Counted from the first letter of the stretch, positions 40,787 through 50,891 are shown. The stretch: 64,000 nt of DNA from Gemmatimonadota bacterium (GCA_040388625.1 JAZKBK010000005.1:159478-223477), one strand, 5' to 3'. Notes: generated by a model not told the origin, from the sequence alone. A program made the numbers and translations.

Positions 40787-42784
40787 ATGCTCCTGCGTCG
40801 TTGTGGCAATGTTGCGCTGATTCTGTTGCTGGGCGTCGCGCTAAGCTGTTCAAGCGACACTGTCGCCGGTCCCGGACGACCCGCCGCGGGCACTGCGTTC
40901 ACACGATCGCTGACGTCGGTCTCCGGTGCACGCATACCGGCTGTGTATTTCTCGAACCCGACCGCGGGCTATCGCTCGTGGGCAGATAGTGCTACCGCGA
41001 CGTTGCAGGCGGACGGTGTGCTGGCATTCCATCTTTACGAATCAGGCACCAGCCCGCTCAGCGCGCCACACGAAAACCAACCGTCCACCGCGTATTTTGC
41101 GTCCGGGGTCCTGACCAGCGATTCGACGTTCGCCATCTACTATTTGGGTTCCTCGATCCCCGATCTCGGAACGATAAACGCCGATGGCAGTGTCACTGTC
41201 AACTTCAACGGCGTCGATGATAACGGCCAGCGAGTGTCATTCGGTCGCTGGGTTTTTGCGAGTGCGTATCGCGGACCGGCGCTCAACCCGGCGCCGCACA
41301 TCAGCGGTGTCGATCCAGCAACCGTCACGGTCAGCGACAAGGCTGTCATGCTGACGATCAATGGATCCAGCTTTACGCCTGCCTCGACAGTCTCCGTCGG
41401 CGCTCAACAGCTGCAGTCGGTCCTGGTAGGCTCGACGCAATTGCAGGTGAATCTGCCACCGCAACTCGTGGCGACTCCGAGCACGTTCAACATCCTGGTT
41501 ACGAATCCCGGGCCCGGCGGTGGCACGTATTACTACCCGGTCTCCGTCACGCGCGCCGCTCCGACAATTGCTTCGCTCTCTCCGAACACTGTTGCCGCCG
41601 GCGCCGAGATCTACACCATCACGATTACAGGATCCGGGTTTGACGCTGGCACGATGGTGTCGGTCAATGGCGTGCTGCGACACGCTTCGGGGGCGGTAAC
41701 ACCGACGACTCTGTCAGTGTGGATGGATCCATCGGAACTCGCCGCTGCTGGCGTCATCCAGATCGCGGTGGTGAATCCACCACCGGGTGGTGGGTCATCC
41801 AGTTCGCTGCCGTTCACGGTAACTGCAGCAGCGCGGCAACTCACATCGGAGATCATTGCTCCGGTATCGGCGACCGTCCTGGCCAGCGACCCTGTTCGGT
41901 CAGTGGTCTATGCAGGAGAGGACGGCTTCGATCCCGTTCACCCGAGATCCATAATCGCGCTCGACGGGGCAACTGGCAACGTGCTCTGGTCGATACCGAC
42001 GCGCGGAACGCCAACGATGCTTGCAGTCTCGGGCGATGGTCAGTTCCTGTATTATGCCGCGTCCCTGGACTCTGCAATGCACCGCGTTGTACTCGCAACG
42101 GCGACGGTCGATCTCACGATACCGATGTACAACACTTCGCAGTGTTTTCCTCGGGTACCATTCGGCGTCGTGACTCCGGGAAGTCCTCACACTCTCGTCG
42201 TAGAGCAATACTGCTTTCCAGGCCTGGATTTCGGGTTTAGCGGAGTGATGGTATACGACGACTCGATTGCGAGGCCGAAGTTTGCATTCGATCCAAACAG
42301 TACGATGCTGGGTCCGCTCGCATTTGGAGCGTCTGCCACGGCACTGAATGCATTCTATGCGGGAGCAGTGTATGACATTTCGATCGATGCAGCTGGAGCG
42401 ACGAGCAGCGCACCCCACTATATAAACGGCGGTCCACCCAATTCCGACATCGCGTACTTGAACGGAATAGTCTATTCGACCATAGGGCCACTCTATAATT
42501 CAGTCACGCACGGTCAGGTTGCGCGATCGACCTGGTTCCCATCCACCGTGTATTCCATCACCCCCGGCCGCGACGGAAAAACCCTGTACGCAATCACCGA
42601 CAGATTGACGCTCGATGCGCTGGACGTGAGTCAGGGCACATTTGTCGGGAGCGTAGCTGTTCCCGGTCCGGATGCTCCAAGGCAGCAACTCGTTCGCTGG
42701 GGTACCGACGGTGTCGCGTTTATCGGTGGCGGAACTGGCCACGGTGGAAGTGTCTATCTGGTACGATCCGATCTCGTTCACTAG
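40787..42784 (+). CDS. secreted/lipoprotein with three IPT/TIG domains and a C-terminal beta-propeller-like region
   Basis: Lipobox LLGVALSC. Three repeats of the P.I.S..P....AG....ITI.GSGF type (ISGVDPATV..LTINGSSF; IASLSPNTV..ITITGSGF). Confidence 0.7.
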   Translation: MLLRRCGNVALILLLGVALSCSSDTVAGPGRPAAGTAFTRSLTSVSGARIPAVYFSNPTAGYRSWADSATATLQADGVLAFHLYESGTSPLSAPHENQPSTAYFASGVLTSDSTFAIYYLGSSIPDLGTINADGSVTVNFNGVDDNGQRVSFGRWVFASAYRGPALNPAPHISGVDPATVTVSDKAVMLTINGSSFTPASTVSVGAQQLQSVLVGSTQLQVNLPPQLVATPSTFNILVTNPGPGGGTYYYPVSVTRAAPTIASLSPNTVAAGAEIYTITITGSGFDAGTMVSVNGVLRHASGAVTPTTLSVWMDPSELAAAGVIQIAVVNPPPGGGSSSSLPFTVTAAARQLTSEIIAPVSATVLASDPVRSVVYAGEDGFDPVHPRSIIALDGATGNVLWSIPTRGTPTMLAVSGDGQFLYYAASLDSAMHRVVLATATVDLTIPMYNTSQCFPRVPFGVVTPGSPHTLVVEQYCFPGLDFGFSGVMVYDDSIARPKFAFDPNSTMLGPLAFGASATALNAFYAGAVYDISIDAAGATSSAPHYINGGPPNSDIAYLNGIVYSTIGPLYNSVTHGQVARSTWFPSTVYSITPGRDGKTLYAITDRLTLDALDVSQGTFVGSVAVPGPDAPRQQLVRWGTDGVAFIGGGTGHGGSVYLVRSDLVH

Positions 42785-42790
42785 CGTTCA

Positions 42791-45721
42791 CTATTGTCGT
42801 TTGCCTTTCCCCTCTGCCTCTATCGCCCCCGCTCCGCCGGCTCTCCTCGGATCAGCGCCCGCCGTAACAGTCCTGTCACTGAACGTGATCGCGGCTGCGT
42901 AGCCCATCCTGAGCTCGCCAGGTAGCGAGATGAAACGAAGCTGGTGGCCGAATTTCTCGAGGTCGCGCTCCACACTCGGCGCGAAGCCATCCTCGAGCTC
43001 GACGACGAAGTCGCTGCGATTCCCCACGCGGTCGCGTGAAAGAAGAAAACGAGGGAGCTCGATTGCGCGCTGAACGTCCAGCTTCTGATCCAGCACTCCC
43101 TCGACGATGCTGTATACCGCCGACGTGATCCACGAGTTGCCTGCGGCACCAACCGCGAGCACGGGCCGAAGCTTCGCGCCCGATCCATGGAAGACGATCG
43201 TAGGTGCAAGCGTGCTGCCGTTGCGAGCATACGGTGCGCGACCTCCGAACGCGGCGCTGTCGCTGCCGTACGACGTGACCTTGTCGTTGTAGAGGAAGCC
43301 GAGCCCAGGTGACACGTAGAAGCTCCCACCCCATGTGCCGAGTGTCTGAGTCACCGCTACCACGTTGCCGTCTGCATCGCCGACGGTGAATGCAGTGGTG
43401 CCGGTGCGGTGACAGTCGCTCTCGCCCTCTTCGGCGTCTGTGCCGCCGCATCCTGTCGCAAGCATCGTGTTTCCGCCGTCGGCTCCGCTCTGCTTGCGGC
43501 CAGTATCACTCGCTGCACCGCTCGCACTGTCCTTCGCGGCGCCACCGGTGTGCGCCATGGCGCACTTGGGTGTGTCGCCGCTCAACTCCTTGCTCGTGAG
43601 CGCGCGCCGCGCATCGAAGCAATTCCATCGTGCGCGCGCACTGTCCTTGCTCGTGAACGCGCTGATGTTGACCGGCCAGAGGCCGGGATCTGCGATGCGG
43701 TTGCGTGCCGATGGAACGAGCTTCCACGCTTCGATCATCGCGTGGATGGTGGCCGCATCTTCAGTATATGATGGGAGCCGCGGCAAACGCTCGAGCATGT
43801 TGAGCTGCGCAACGAGCGTCGCGCCGCCCGAAACTGGAGGGGCGCTCGAGTAAACAGTAAAGCCGCGGTAACTTCCGGCAACCGGCTCGCGCTCGGCGGC
43901 GTAGTAGCGCATGAGATCGCTCATGCGCATCGCGTTGCCGTGTCCGCGCAGATCGGCGACCATTCGGCGGCCAACGGCGCCCCGATACACCGCATCCGCG
44001 CCGCTGTCGGCGATCTGTTGAAGTGACCAGGCGAGATCAGGATTGCGAAGTGTATCGCCAGCTTGCAACGGCTTGCCGTCCGGGAAGAACAGCTTGCGAC
44101 TTCCTTCGTATTTGAGGAAATGCTCCCGCTCCGTGGCGAGTGTGGTGGCAAGCCCATCGCTCACGACGTATCCGCTCCTCGCTGCGCGTATTGCGGGTGC
44201 GACGAGATCGGCCCACTTGACCTTGTGGCTCCCGTATTCCATCCATGCCTTGTGCATCCCTGCAATCGTGCCCGGTACGTTCGGCAGCACGGGGCCGTCG
44301 TCAGGGTAGCGTCCGTTGACGAGAATCGCGTGCTCGTTGGTGAGGACGTCCTGTGGAAGTCGCGTCATGAACTCGATGACGACGGGGTGCGGCATCGAGT
44401 CGAGCCGGATGAGCATCTCGCCGTAGCCGCCGATCCCGCTCGCGTCGGGCTCTACGACGCCGAGTGCGAATGACACAGCTACCGCGGCGTCGACGACGTT
44501 TCCACCCTTGCGAAGAATTTCGAGACCAGCTTCAGTGGCAACCGGATTCGCGCTCGAGACGGCGGCGTGTCCTGTAGCTGGTTCGCGCAGCGATGGACGA
44601 CGCAACAGCATCTCGTGCACGATCTTCGCGAGATCATCATCGGACCTTGCCGCAAGTGCGCGCGGACGGAACGTGTCGCGGAGTGTCTCCCACTGCGTGC
44701 GACGCGACGCAGCATCCGGAGTCGAGTAATACAACTGCGCGGTGCGCTGCCACGCGGCGTCGAATCGCGCAGCGTTGCGATCGCGACGATCGACTGCGAT
44801 CGCCAGCGTTGCGGAGTTTCCACTATCGGGTGCGGGCGGTGCGGACACATACCACAACTCGCCCGATCCCTTCTGCACTGCGCCCGCGGCGCGATCACCC
44901 AGACGGTCTGGATCACCGTTGTAGCCGGGTGGCGGCGGTGGAAGCTCCACGAGTGCGAGAGTGCTTCCGCTTGGCGACCACGATGGTGCAGCCCGGCGCG
45001 CGCTGACGAGATTCACGTAATCGTTATCCGGCGTGGTGATCCAGACACCAGCGGGACCGCTACGCGTGCCGAATGCGATCCGATGCCCGTCCGGAGACCA
45101 TGTCGGATGCTCGACTTCGCGATTGGTTACTACGGTTGAAATGGAATCGCCATGCATCGAGGCGATGCGGAGCCTGCTCCCCGTTTCCGTGACTGCCACG
45201 AAGGCGATCTGTTTGCCATCGGGCGCGAACGCCGGCCAACCCTCGGCGCCGGTCTTCGACTTGGTGAGTCGTCGCTCATGTCCATCTGTCGAACGGATGT
45301 AGATGCGTGCTGTGGGGCCGCGGCCGCGTACAAAGGCCAGCGTGCCGTCGGGTGCGAATGTTGGGCTGCTCTCCCATGCGTTTGAATCGGTCACACGCTG
45401 GGGAGACCCCGCGGCCGTGCTCGTTCCTGCGGCGCCGAGCCGCACTTTATAGAGTCGGGAGTCGCCTTCGCGACTGGACGCGAACACGAGAGAGCTGCCG
45501 TCCGCGCTCCACGCCGGCTCGCGGTTCCATGCAGCTCCTGACGTGATCTGGATCCAGTGCGTGGCATCACTCGCAGAGCGCTGCACCCAGATGTCGCCGT
45601 CGATGGCGAGTGCCAGGCGGCCGCCCGGTCCGTAAGCCGCGTCCTGTACGCCGCCGGTCGGTGTTCCGGGACTGGCTGCTGTCTGGAGGACGAGCAACAT
45701 GGCTGCGAGCTGAACCATCAC
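42791..45721 (-). CDS. fusion of an N-terminal PD40/TolB-like beta-propeller (~380 aa) with gamma-glutamyltranspeptidase
   Basis: PD40 segments (SADGSSLVF, APDGTLAFV, APDGKQIAF, SPDGHRIAF), then GGT motifs AVSSANPVATEAGLEILRKGGNVVDAAVA and the autoprocessing site GTTAFTVGDADGNVVAVTQTLGTWGGS. Confidence 0.85.
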   Translation of the reverse strand: MMVQLAAMLLVLQTAASPGTPTGGVQDAAYGPGGRLALAIDGDIWVQRSASDATHWIQITSGAAWNREPAWSADGSSLVFASSREGDSRLYKVRLGAAGTSTAAGSPQRVTDSNAWESSPTFAPDGTLAFVRGRGPTARIYIRSTDGHERRLTKSKTGAEGWPAFAPDGKQIAFVAVTETGSRLRIASMHGDSISTVVTNREVEHPTWSPDGHRIAFGTRSGPAGVWITTPDNDYVNLVSARRAAPSWSPSGSTLALVELPPPPPGYNGDPDRLGDRAAGAVQKGSGELWYVSAPPAPDSGNSATLAIAVDRRDRNAARFDAAWQRTAQLYYSTPDAASRRTQWETLRDTFRPRALAARSDDDLAKIVHEMLLRRPSLREPATGHAAVSSANPVATEAGLEILRKGGNVVDAAVAVSFALGVVEPDASGIGGYGEMLIRLDSMPHPVVIEFMTRLPQDVLTNEHAILVNGRYPDDGPVLPNVPGTIAGMHKAWMEYGSHKVKWADLVAPAIRAARSGYVVSDGLATTLATEREHFLKYEGSRKLFFPDGKPLQAGDTLRNPDLAWSLQQIADSGADAVYRGAVGRRMVADLRGHGNAMRMSDLMRYYAAEREPVAGSYRGFTVYSSAPPVSGGATLVAQLNMLERLPRLPSYTEDAATIHAMIEAWKLVPSARNRIADPGLWPVNISAFTSKDSARARWNCFDARRALTSKELSGDTPKCAMAHTGGAAKDSASGAASDTGRKQSGADGGNTMLATGCGGTDAEEGESDCHRTGTTAFTVGDADGNVVAVTQTLGTWGGSFYVSPGLGFLYNDKVTSYGSDSAAFGGRAPYARNGSTLAPTIVFHGSGAKLRPVLAVGAAGNSWITSAVYSIVEGVLDQKLDVQRAIELPRFLLSRDRVGNRSDFVVELEDGFAPSVERDLEKFGHQLRFISLPGELRMGYAAAITFSDRTVTAGADPRRAGGAGAIEAEGKGKRQ

Positions 45722-45815
45722 TGGGTGATCTCCTTGAGTGATCGGGGGCGAGGCCCGACCCGTGACTACCGACCTCGAGCGTGGAAGAGGACGGGAAGCG
45801 GAATTGCTTTATTGA

Positions 45816-46205
45816 TTACGGTATGTACGCGATGCAGTCGATCTCGACTCGCAGTCCGTCGCCCGGCAGAGCCGCCGCCTGCACCGTCGTGCGAGCAGGG
45901 CGGTGATCGCCGAACACGCGACCATAAACAGCGTTCATCCGGCCGAATTCATTCATGTCGATGAGAAACACTCCGCAGCGCAGCACATGCTGCAGGCTGG
46001 ATCCGGCCGCCTCGAGTATGGTCTGCACGTTCCTGAGGCACTGCTCCGTCTGACTTTCGACATCTTCACCCGCCATGCGATTCGTGGCCGGATCGAGCGC
46101 GCCCTGTCCGGAAACGAACACCAGTCGCTCGAATCCCATCGCGGGAGAGTATGGGCCGAGCGGCCTGGCTGAGCCGCTGGGTGTGATGGGGAAGTGGTCG
46201 GTCAC
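45816..46205 (-). CDS. RidA/YjgF/L-PSP family enamine/imine deaminase
   Basis: PLGPYSPAMGFERLVFVSGQGALDP...ARTTVQAAALPGDGLRVEIDCIA. GTG 46205 is chosen to keep the conserved GPYS motif. The 368-aa ORF in the track is an upstream read-through. Confidence 0.8.
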   Translation of the reverse strand: MTDHFPITPSGSARPLGPYSPAMGFERLVFVSGQGALDPATNRMAGEDVESQTEQCLRNVQTILEAAGSSLQHVLRCGVFLIDMNEFGRMNAVYGRVFGDHRPARTTVQAAALPGDGLRVEIDCIAYIP

Positions 46206-46421
46206 GATGTGTGGGGCTGTGAGTGAAATTGTACCTGAGCCTAGTGCGTTGGCGTGCGTGCCGGTAGTCGTGTTCCTGCTGCCATGGATCCGGAAGCGGG
46301 TGGCGGCGCGGAGCGTTGGAAAGTTCTTCTTGCGGTTGTGCGCGACGCCGGTATCTTGGTGCCCTTGGTCAGGCGTTCGCACCTGCGCAATCTGTCGCTC
46401 TCCACGCACAACGAGGCGTCG

Positions 46422-47891
46422 TTGAGTACTTCCGTTGGGCGTCCCGCGAACCTCCGCTCCTTTGCTCGGAGCCTGATGGCGGCATCGCTTGCGATGCCCA
46501 TAGTACCAGTGGCTGCGCTGCATGCGCAACCCATGGTGGTGCAACAGGTCGGCTCCAAACCGGCTGCAGACACGCTCAGGAACCCGCCGGTTCTGCGCAA
46601 CATCTCCTCCAAGCCGCACACGGTCGAGGTAAACATCGTCGCGGCGCCCGCCCGGATTTCTGTCCTGCCGGGCCGTCTCACCGATGTGTATGCGTATAAT
46701 GGATCCATTCCGGGCCCAACGCTGGAGGCACGCGAAGGCGACCGAGTCATCATCCACTTTCGCAACGAGCTGCCGGAGGCGACAACCGTGCACTGGCACG
46801 GGGTGCATCTGCCTGCAAAGATGGATGGCAGCCCGTTCGACCCCGTGCCGCCGGGCGGACACTACGATTACATCTTCAACATCCCACGCGGAACCGCCGG
46901 AACGTACTGGTATCACCCCCATCCCGACGGACGAAGTGAGTACCAGGCCGCGATGGGATTGTTCGGCGCATTCATCGTTCGCGCAGCCAATGATCCAATA
47001 GCGACGCTTCCGGAAAAGTTGCTCATACTGTCGGATAACCGCTTCCGACCCGACGGATCGATCGAGTTCGCCGATTCGAATTCAACCCAGTCAAACATTG
47101 ACATGGAGAACGGGCGCGAAGGCAACGTGCTCTTCGTCAACGGCCAGGTCATGCCTTCCATCGTGATCCGTAAGGGCGAGGTCCAGCGTTGGCGCGTGGT
47201 CAATGCGTCGGCGGCGCGCGTGTACCGGCTTGCCATCCCCGGTCAGGTGCTGCTGCACGTTGGGAGTGACGATGGTTTGTTCGAGCACGCGGTGCAAAGG
47301 AACGACATCGTGGTTGCCAACTCCGAGCGAGTGGAGCTGCTCGTTCGTGGAACAGGGAAACCCGGGAGCAACGCGGAGCTCATGGATCTGCCCTACGATC
47401 GCTACATGCCGCAGACTCGGCCGGCGGACTGGAATACGTCGCGTGTTCTGCTCGACTTGCACTACAGCGATCGGGTGATGCCGGCTCCTGTCACGCTGCC
47501 GACGACGTTTCGAGTCGTTCCAGCACTCGATACGGCCACTGCTACGGTTACGCGTACTGTCGTGCTGAGCCAGGGTATGATCAACGGACACACGATGGAC
47601 ATGTCACGCGTTGACATGCAGGCGTCCGTTGGCGCGACAGAGATATGGGACGTAGAGAACGTCGTTGGCATGGATCATCCATTTCACCTCCACGGATTTC
47701 AGTTTCAGGTGATCGACCGGAACGGTGTACCGGAGCCGTTCCGCAGCTGGAAGGACGTCGTCAACATCCCCAAACACGAAGCCGTGCGATTCATCGTCCG
47801 CTACGCCGACTTTCCTGGGAAGTGGATGTTTCACTGTCACATCCTCGCGCACGAGGATCATGGCATGATGGCGGTTCTGCAAGTGCGATAA
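46422..47891 (+). CDS. three-domain multicopper oxidase (CueO/laccase-like)
   Basis: TVHWHGVHLP, HPFHLHGFQF and WMFHCHILAHEDHGMM copper motifs. The start is uncertain; TTG 46422 has GAGG 5 nt upstream, and the first possible start is 46254. Confidence 0.85.
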   Translation: MSTSVGRPANLRSFARSLMAASLAMPIVPVAALHAQPMVVQQVGSKPAADTLRNPPVLRNISSKPHTVEVNIVAAPARISVLPGRLTDVYAYNGSIPGPTLEAREGDRVIIHFRNELPEATTVHWHGVHLPAKMDGSPFDPVPPGGHYDYIFNIPRGTAGTYWYHPHPDGRSEYQAAMGLFGAFIVRAANDPIATLPEKLLILSDNRFRPDGSIEFADSNSTQSNIDMENGREGNVLFVNGQVMPSIVIRKGEVQRWRVVNASAARVYRLAIPGQVLLHVGSDDGLFEHAVQRNDIVVANSERVELLVRGTGKPGSNAELMDLPYDRYMPQTRPADWNTSRVLLDLHYSDRVMPAPVTLPTTFRVVPALDTATATVTRTVVLSQGMINGHTMDMSRVDMQASVGATEIWDVENVVGMDHPFHLHGFQFQVIDRNGVPEPFRSWKDVVNIPKHEAVRFIVRYADFPGKWMFHCHILAHEDHGMMAVLQVR

Positions 47892-47910
47892 CCCCTGCAA
47901 GGAGGTCAAA

Positions 47911-48603
47911 GTGACGCGAACCTTCCTTACGCGACTGCTTGCTGTCAGCTCATTAATATCTGCCGTCGCAATAGTGGGATGGGTGCACCAGAGTCCGGAC
48001 GAAGTCGGCCGCGTCGCCTTGAAGTCGAATCACCTGACGCCTTCTCCCGACGACGAGATTCTACTGGGACGATCCCTGGTATTGAATCACGATTGCGCAG
48101 GGTGTCACGGCGGTGTCAGCCCGGCATCGAAGGAGTGGCTCGCCGGCATGACGCGTCCCGACCAGGAGTTTCTGATCGGGCCCTGTGCGCTCAAGCTCGA
48201 TGCAAAACCGTGCTGGCGCACGCGTCCGCGCAATCTCACACCGGACAATGCAACAGGCCTGGGGCGGTTTACCGAACGGCAGATATTCAACGCGCTGCGT
48301 TATGGCCTTCGTCCGGAAGACACGCCTGACGTCGACATCACGTCGGGTACTCCGGGCGTCGGCAACTTTCCTCAGCACCCGCACTATCTCGCTCCACCGA
48401 TGCCGTGGCCGGGTTGGCGCTACATGTCCGACAGGGAGCTGCAGGCGATCGCCGCATATCTCAAGCGCGCCGTCAAACCTGTGAGCAACAAGGTTCCGGA
48501 GAGCGAAGGACCGCCCGACTTCTGGGCGAGCGTTTACACCGTCGATCTGATCGGTCCCTATCCGCCGCCGGCATTCCCCGCTGCCAACGAGCGGGTTCCT
48601 TGA
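47911..48603 (+). CDS. membrane-anchored monohaem cytochrome c
   Basis: N-terminal TM helix and a single CAGCH motif. GTG start 19 nt after the oxidase stop. Confidence 0.75.
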   Translation: MTRTFLTRLLAVSSLISAVAIVGWVHQSPDEVGRVALKSNHLTPSPDDEILLGRSLVLNHDCAGCHGGVSPASKEWLAGMTRPDQEFLIGPCALKLDAKPCWRTRPRNLTPDNATGLGRFTERQIFNALRYGLRPEDTPDVDITSGTPGVGNFPQHPHYLAPPMPWPGWRYMSDRELQAIAAYLKRAVKPVSNKVPESEGPPDFWASVYTVDLIGPYPPPAFPAANERVP

Positions 48604-48608
48604 TGGAG

Positions 48609-48666
48609 AACGAAATACGGGACGGCAGCTGCGGATCGAGTCCGAGCTGCCGTCCGGTATTTCGTT
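48609..48666. terminator. bidirectional hairpin between convergent genes
   Basis: 22-nt arms AACGAAATACGGGACGGCAGCT / AGCTGCCGTCCGGTATTTCGTT with one mismatch, and a 14-nt loop that itself pairs CGGA/TCCG. Confidence 0.6.
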
Positions 48667-49198
48667 ATTGCGCTGGCTGGCTCGACGGCGGCACGAGCCC
48701 GAGCATGCGCATGTAGGTAACCATGTTTCCGTAATGCTCGTTGTCGTGCGTCGCGTTTACCAGGAGCACACCACCCTGCGTGAAATGCTGTCCGAACATT
48801 TCCACGGCTCCGCCCAGATTCGAGGGCGGCACTGCATACGCGCGTGCACAGTACGTATTTGACTCATCCAGTGCCTTCACGAGCTCGGCCTTGGACATGT
48901 TCCGCTTCTCGAAGTCATCTTCGGCTGGCACCTTTTCGCCAAGTGCAGCGGCGCAGAACATCATCTGAGAGCCGGCGACGTGCGCGACGAGCTGACCGAA
49001 GCTTCGAACGGTCGCGACCGGCTTGTACGCATAGGAGGATTCCGGCACCGCTGCCGCCGAACGAGCCAGGTACTTGCTGACGGTGACCCACTGGTCGCGC
49101 ACTTCGGAATCGGGGGAGCGTGGCGACGAGCCAGGGGCCTGAGCGAACAAGGGCGGCGCAACAAGGAACGCCAACACAATCGCTGGGCGGATGAACAT
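48665..49198 (-). CDS. DinB-family (DinB_2) protein with signal peptide
   Basis: MFIRPAIVLAFLVAPPLFAQA signal peptide. FGQLVAHVAGS...ATHDNEHYGNMVTYMR is the His triad pattern. Confidence 0.75.
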   Translation of the reverse strand: MFIRPAIVLAFLVAPPLFAQAPGSSPRSPDSEVRDQWVTVSKYLARSAAAVPESSYAYKPVATVRSFGQLVAHVAGSQMMFCAAALGEKVPAEDDFEKRNMSKAELVKALDESNTYCARAYAVPPSNLGGAVEMFGQHFTQGGVLLVNATHDNEHYGNMVTYMRMLGLVPPSSQPAQ

Positions 49199-49361
49199 GG
49201 CGAAGCTCCTGAGCGAGAGGGGGCCGACGATACTCGAATGTCGCGCCGGTCGGGATTGCGCGCAAGGAGCAAGATGGCGTGCCCCCGCTGCTGGAATCCC
49301 TCGCCGAATAACCTTGTGCGACGGGAACAACCTGATCCCGTCGCACAACCTGCGGACCTCC

Positions 49362-49715
49362 CTACGGCTTCTTCGTCTCGCTCTTCGCCTCTTTTCGTTC
49401 GTCCTTCGGCGTCTCGTGTCCGACTTCCACTATCGCGCCGGTCTTTGCGTTGACGTTCACTTCGTCGATACCGCTCTTGCCGGACGTCTTCATGTCGAAC
49501 GAGTAGATCAGACGTCCCTTTTCCTGTTCCAGCTCCTGCGACTGAATCGACGCTTTCGGCAGACGCTTCATCGCGATGGCGCGCGCAGAGTCGAGTGATA
49601 TCTTCGCCTGCTTTGCGAGCGCAGGCGGGACGTCCGTCTTAGGCGTCGTTCCCTGTGCGAACAGGGGCGCGGCGATCAGAGTAGCGGCTGCTGCCGCGAT
49701 CGATGCGATCTTCAT
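49362..49715 (-). CDS. PepSY-domain secreted protein
   Basis: MKIASIAAAAATLIAAPLFAQG signal peptide and ISLDSARAIAMKRLP...IYSFDMK...EVNVNAKTGAIV. AGGAG lies upstream of ATG 49715. Confidence 0.75.
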   Translation of the reverse strand: MKIASIAAAAATLIAAPLFAQGTTPKTDVPPALAKQAKISLDSARAIAMKRLPKASIQSQELEQEKGRLIYSFDMKTSGKSGIDEVNVNAKTGAIVEVGHETPKDERKEAKSETKKP

Positions 49716-49805
49716 GATGCTATCTCCTGTGATGGTTGAGCGCGGCGTGCACTTCGCGCCGATCATCTAACCATACGGCGTCAACCTGTCCCGCCGGTTA
49801 CAACA

Positions 49806-49838
49806 GGAGCCCGATCGCCAAACGCTCGATCGGGCTCC
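49806..49838 (-). terminator. hairpin downstream of the beta-propeller gene
   Basis: Perfect 12-bp arms GGAGCCCGATCG / CGATCGGGCTCC with a 9-nt loop. Flanking CAAC/GTTG extends the stem. Confidence 0.55.
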
Positions 49839-49862
49839 GGTTGCACTCTCGTTGTGTAGATA

Positions 49863-50891
49863 CTACCGACTCATCTCGATCAACACGAACGATCCCGGCA
49901 ATACGGGCGGACGCCTGCGCGGTGCACCAGCTACCTGCGCGGGTGAAGGACCGAACTCCGCGGTAACTGTGTACAGTTTGTGAGTCTTTGGATCGAACGT
50001 CATGGTGCGCGCCGCTGGCATCGTCGTGATAGTCTGCAATACGGCAAACGTGCCAGGCTTCGTCTCATGCGCGACAGTGATCGTGCCGTCTCCGTTGGAG
50101 CTGAACGCGAGGCCGGTACCAGGATCGAACTTGTTTGCATCCACACCAGATCCGATCGGCACCGTACCAACCACCGCACCGCGCTTGATGTCGGACATCG
50201 CCATCACCTTGCTGTGACATCCACTGAACAGCAGCATGTGCGCGCGATCGATCGCCAATCCACTCGGCGACTGGCACGGTGCCAGCGGCCAGCGACGGAC
50301 AACCTTCATGGTGCGCGTGTCGATCTCGACGATCTGACTCTTGTCCTCGATGTTGGCGTACACCTTACCGTTGCCGCCACTGACACCGAATTCCGGCTTG
50401 CCGTCCAGCGGAATGTTGGTGATGAGCTTGCCAGTTACCGGGTCGATCACCGATGACGAGCCAGCGTCACCATTCATCGTGAAGATCCTGTTCGACGCAT
50501 CATCGTAGAGAATTGCATCATCGTCCACTGCAGCAACCGTCTTGCCGAGTACGCGGAGCGTCTTGAGATCGAACATGTACACGGTGCTGTCTTCGCCTGA
50601 TGTCACGAACCCATGTCCTGCATGGTATGCGAAGGCGACACCGTGCGCACGGTTGAGTCCCTTGATCTCACCAAGGAGCTTTCCGTTGGACGGATCCACC
50701 ACCATTACGCGATTTTCGCGTGCAATGAAGATGCGGTTCCCGACAGTATCGAACGCAAGGTAGTCCCAGCTTCCGTCGCCGCCGAGCTTGTAGCGGTTGG
50801 TGATGTGGTACTGGCCGTTCTGTGCGGCAAGCGCGAGTGGAACCGCAAGCGTCGCGATCAGGGCGAGCTTACCGATGGTACGTAATGTCAT
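49863..50891 (-). CDS. YncE-like / YVTN-repeat seven-bladed beta-propeller protein, secreted
   Basis: Signal peptide. DGSWDYLAFDTVGNRIFIARENRVMVVD...AHGVAFAYHAGHGFVTSGEDSTVYMFD repeats. Confidence 0.75.
   Translation of the reverse strand: MTLRTIGKLALIATLAVPLALAAQNGQYHITNRYKLGGDGSWDYLAFDTVGNRIFIARENRVMVVDPSNGKLLGEIKGLNRAHGVAFAYHAGHGFVTSGEDSTVYMFDLKTLRVLGKTVAAVDDDAILYDDASNRIFTMNGDAGSSSVIDPVTGKLITNIPLDGKPEFGVSGGNGKVYANIEDKSQIVEIDTRTMKVVRRWPLAPCQSPSGLAIDRAHMLLFSGCHSKVMAMSDIKRGAVVGTVPIGSGVDANKFDPGTGLAFSSNGDGTITVAHETKPGTFAVLQTITTMPAARTMTFDPKTHKLYTVTAEFGPSPAQVAGAPRRRPPVLPGSFVLIEMSR

Noticed and set aside
46206-46922. Upstream 239-aa extension of the RidA ORF (45816..46922)
   Set aside because: The extension overlaps the multicopper oxidase 5' region on the opposite strand and has no RidA homology. 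RidA proteins are about 125-130 aa.
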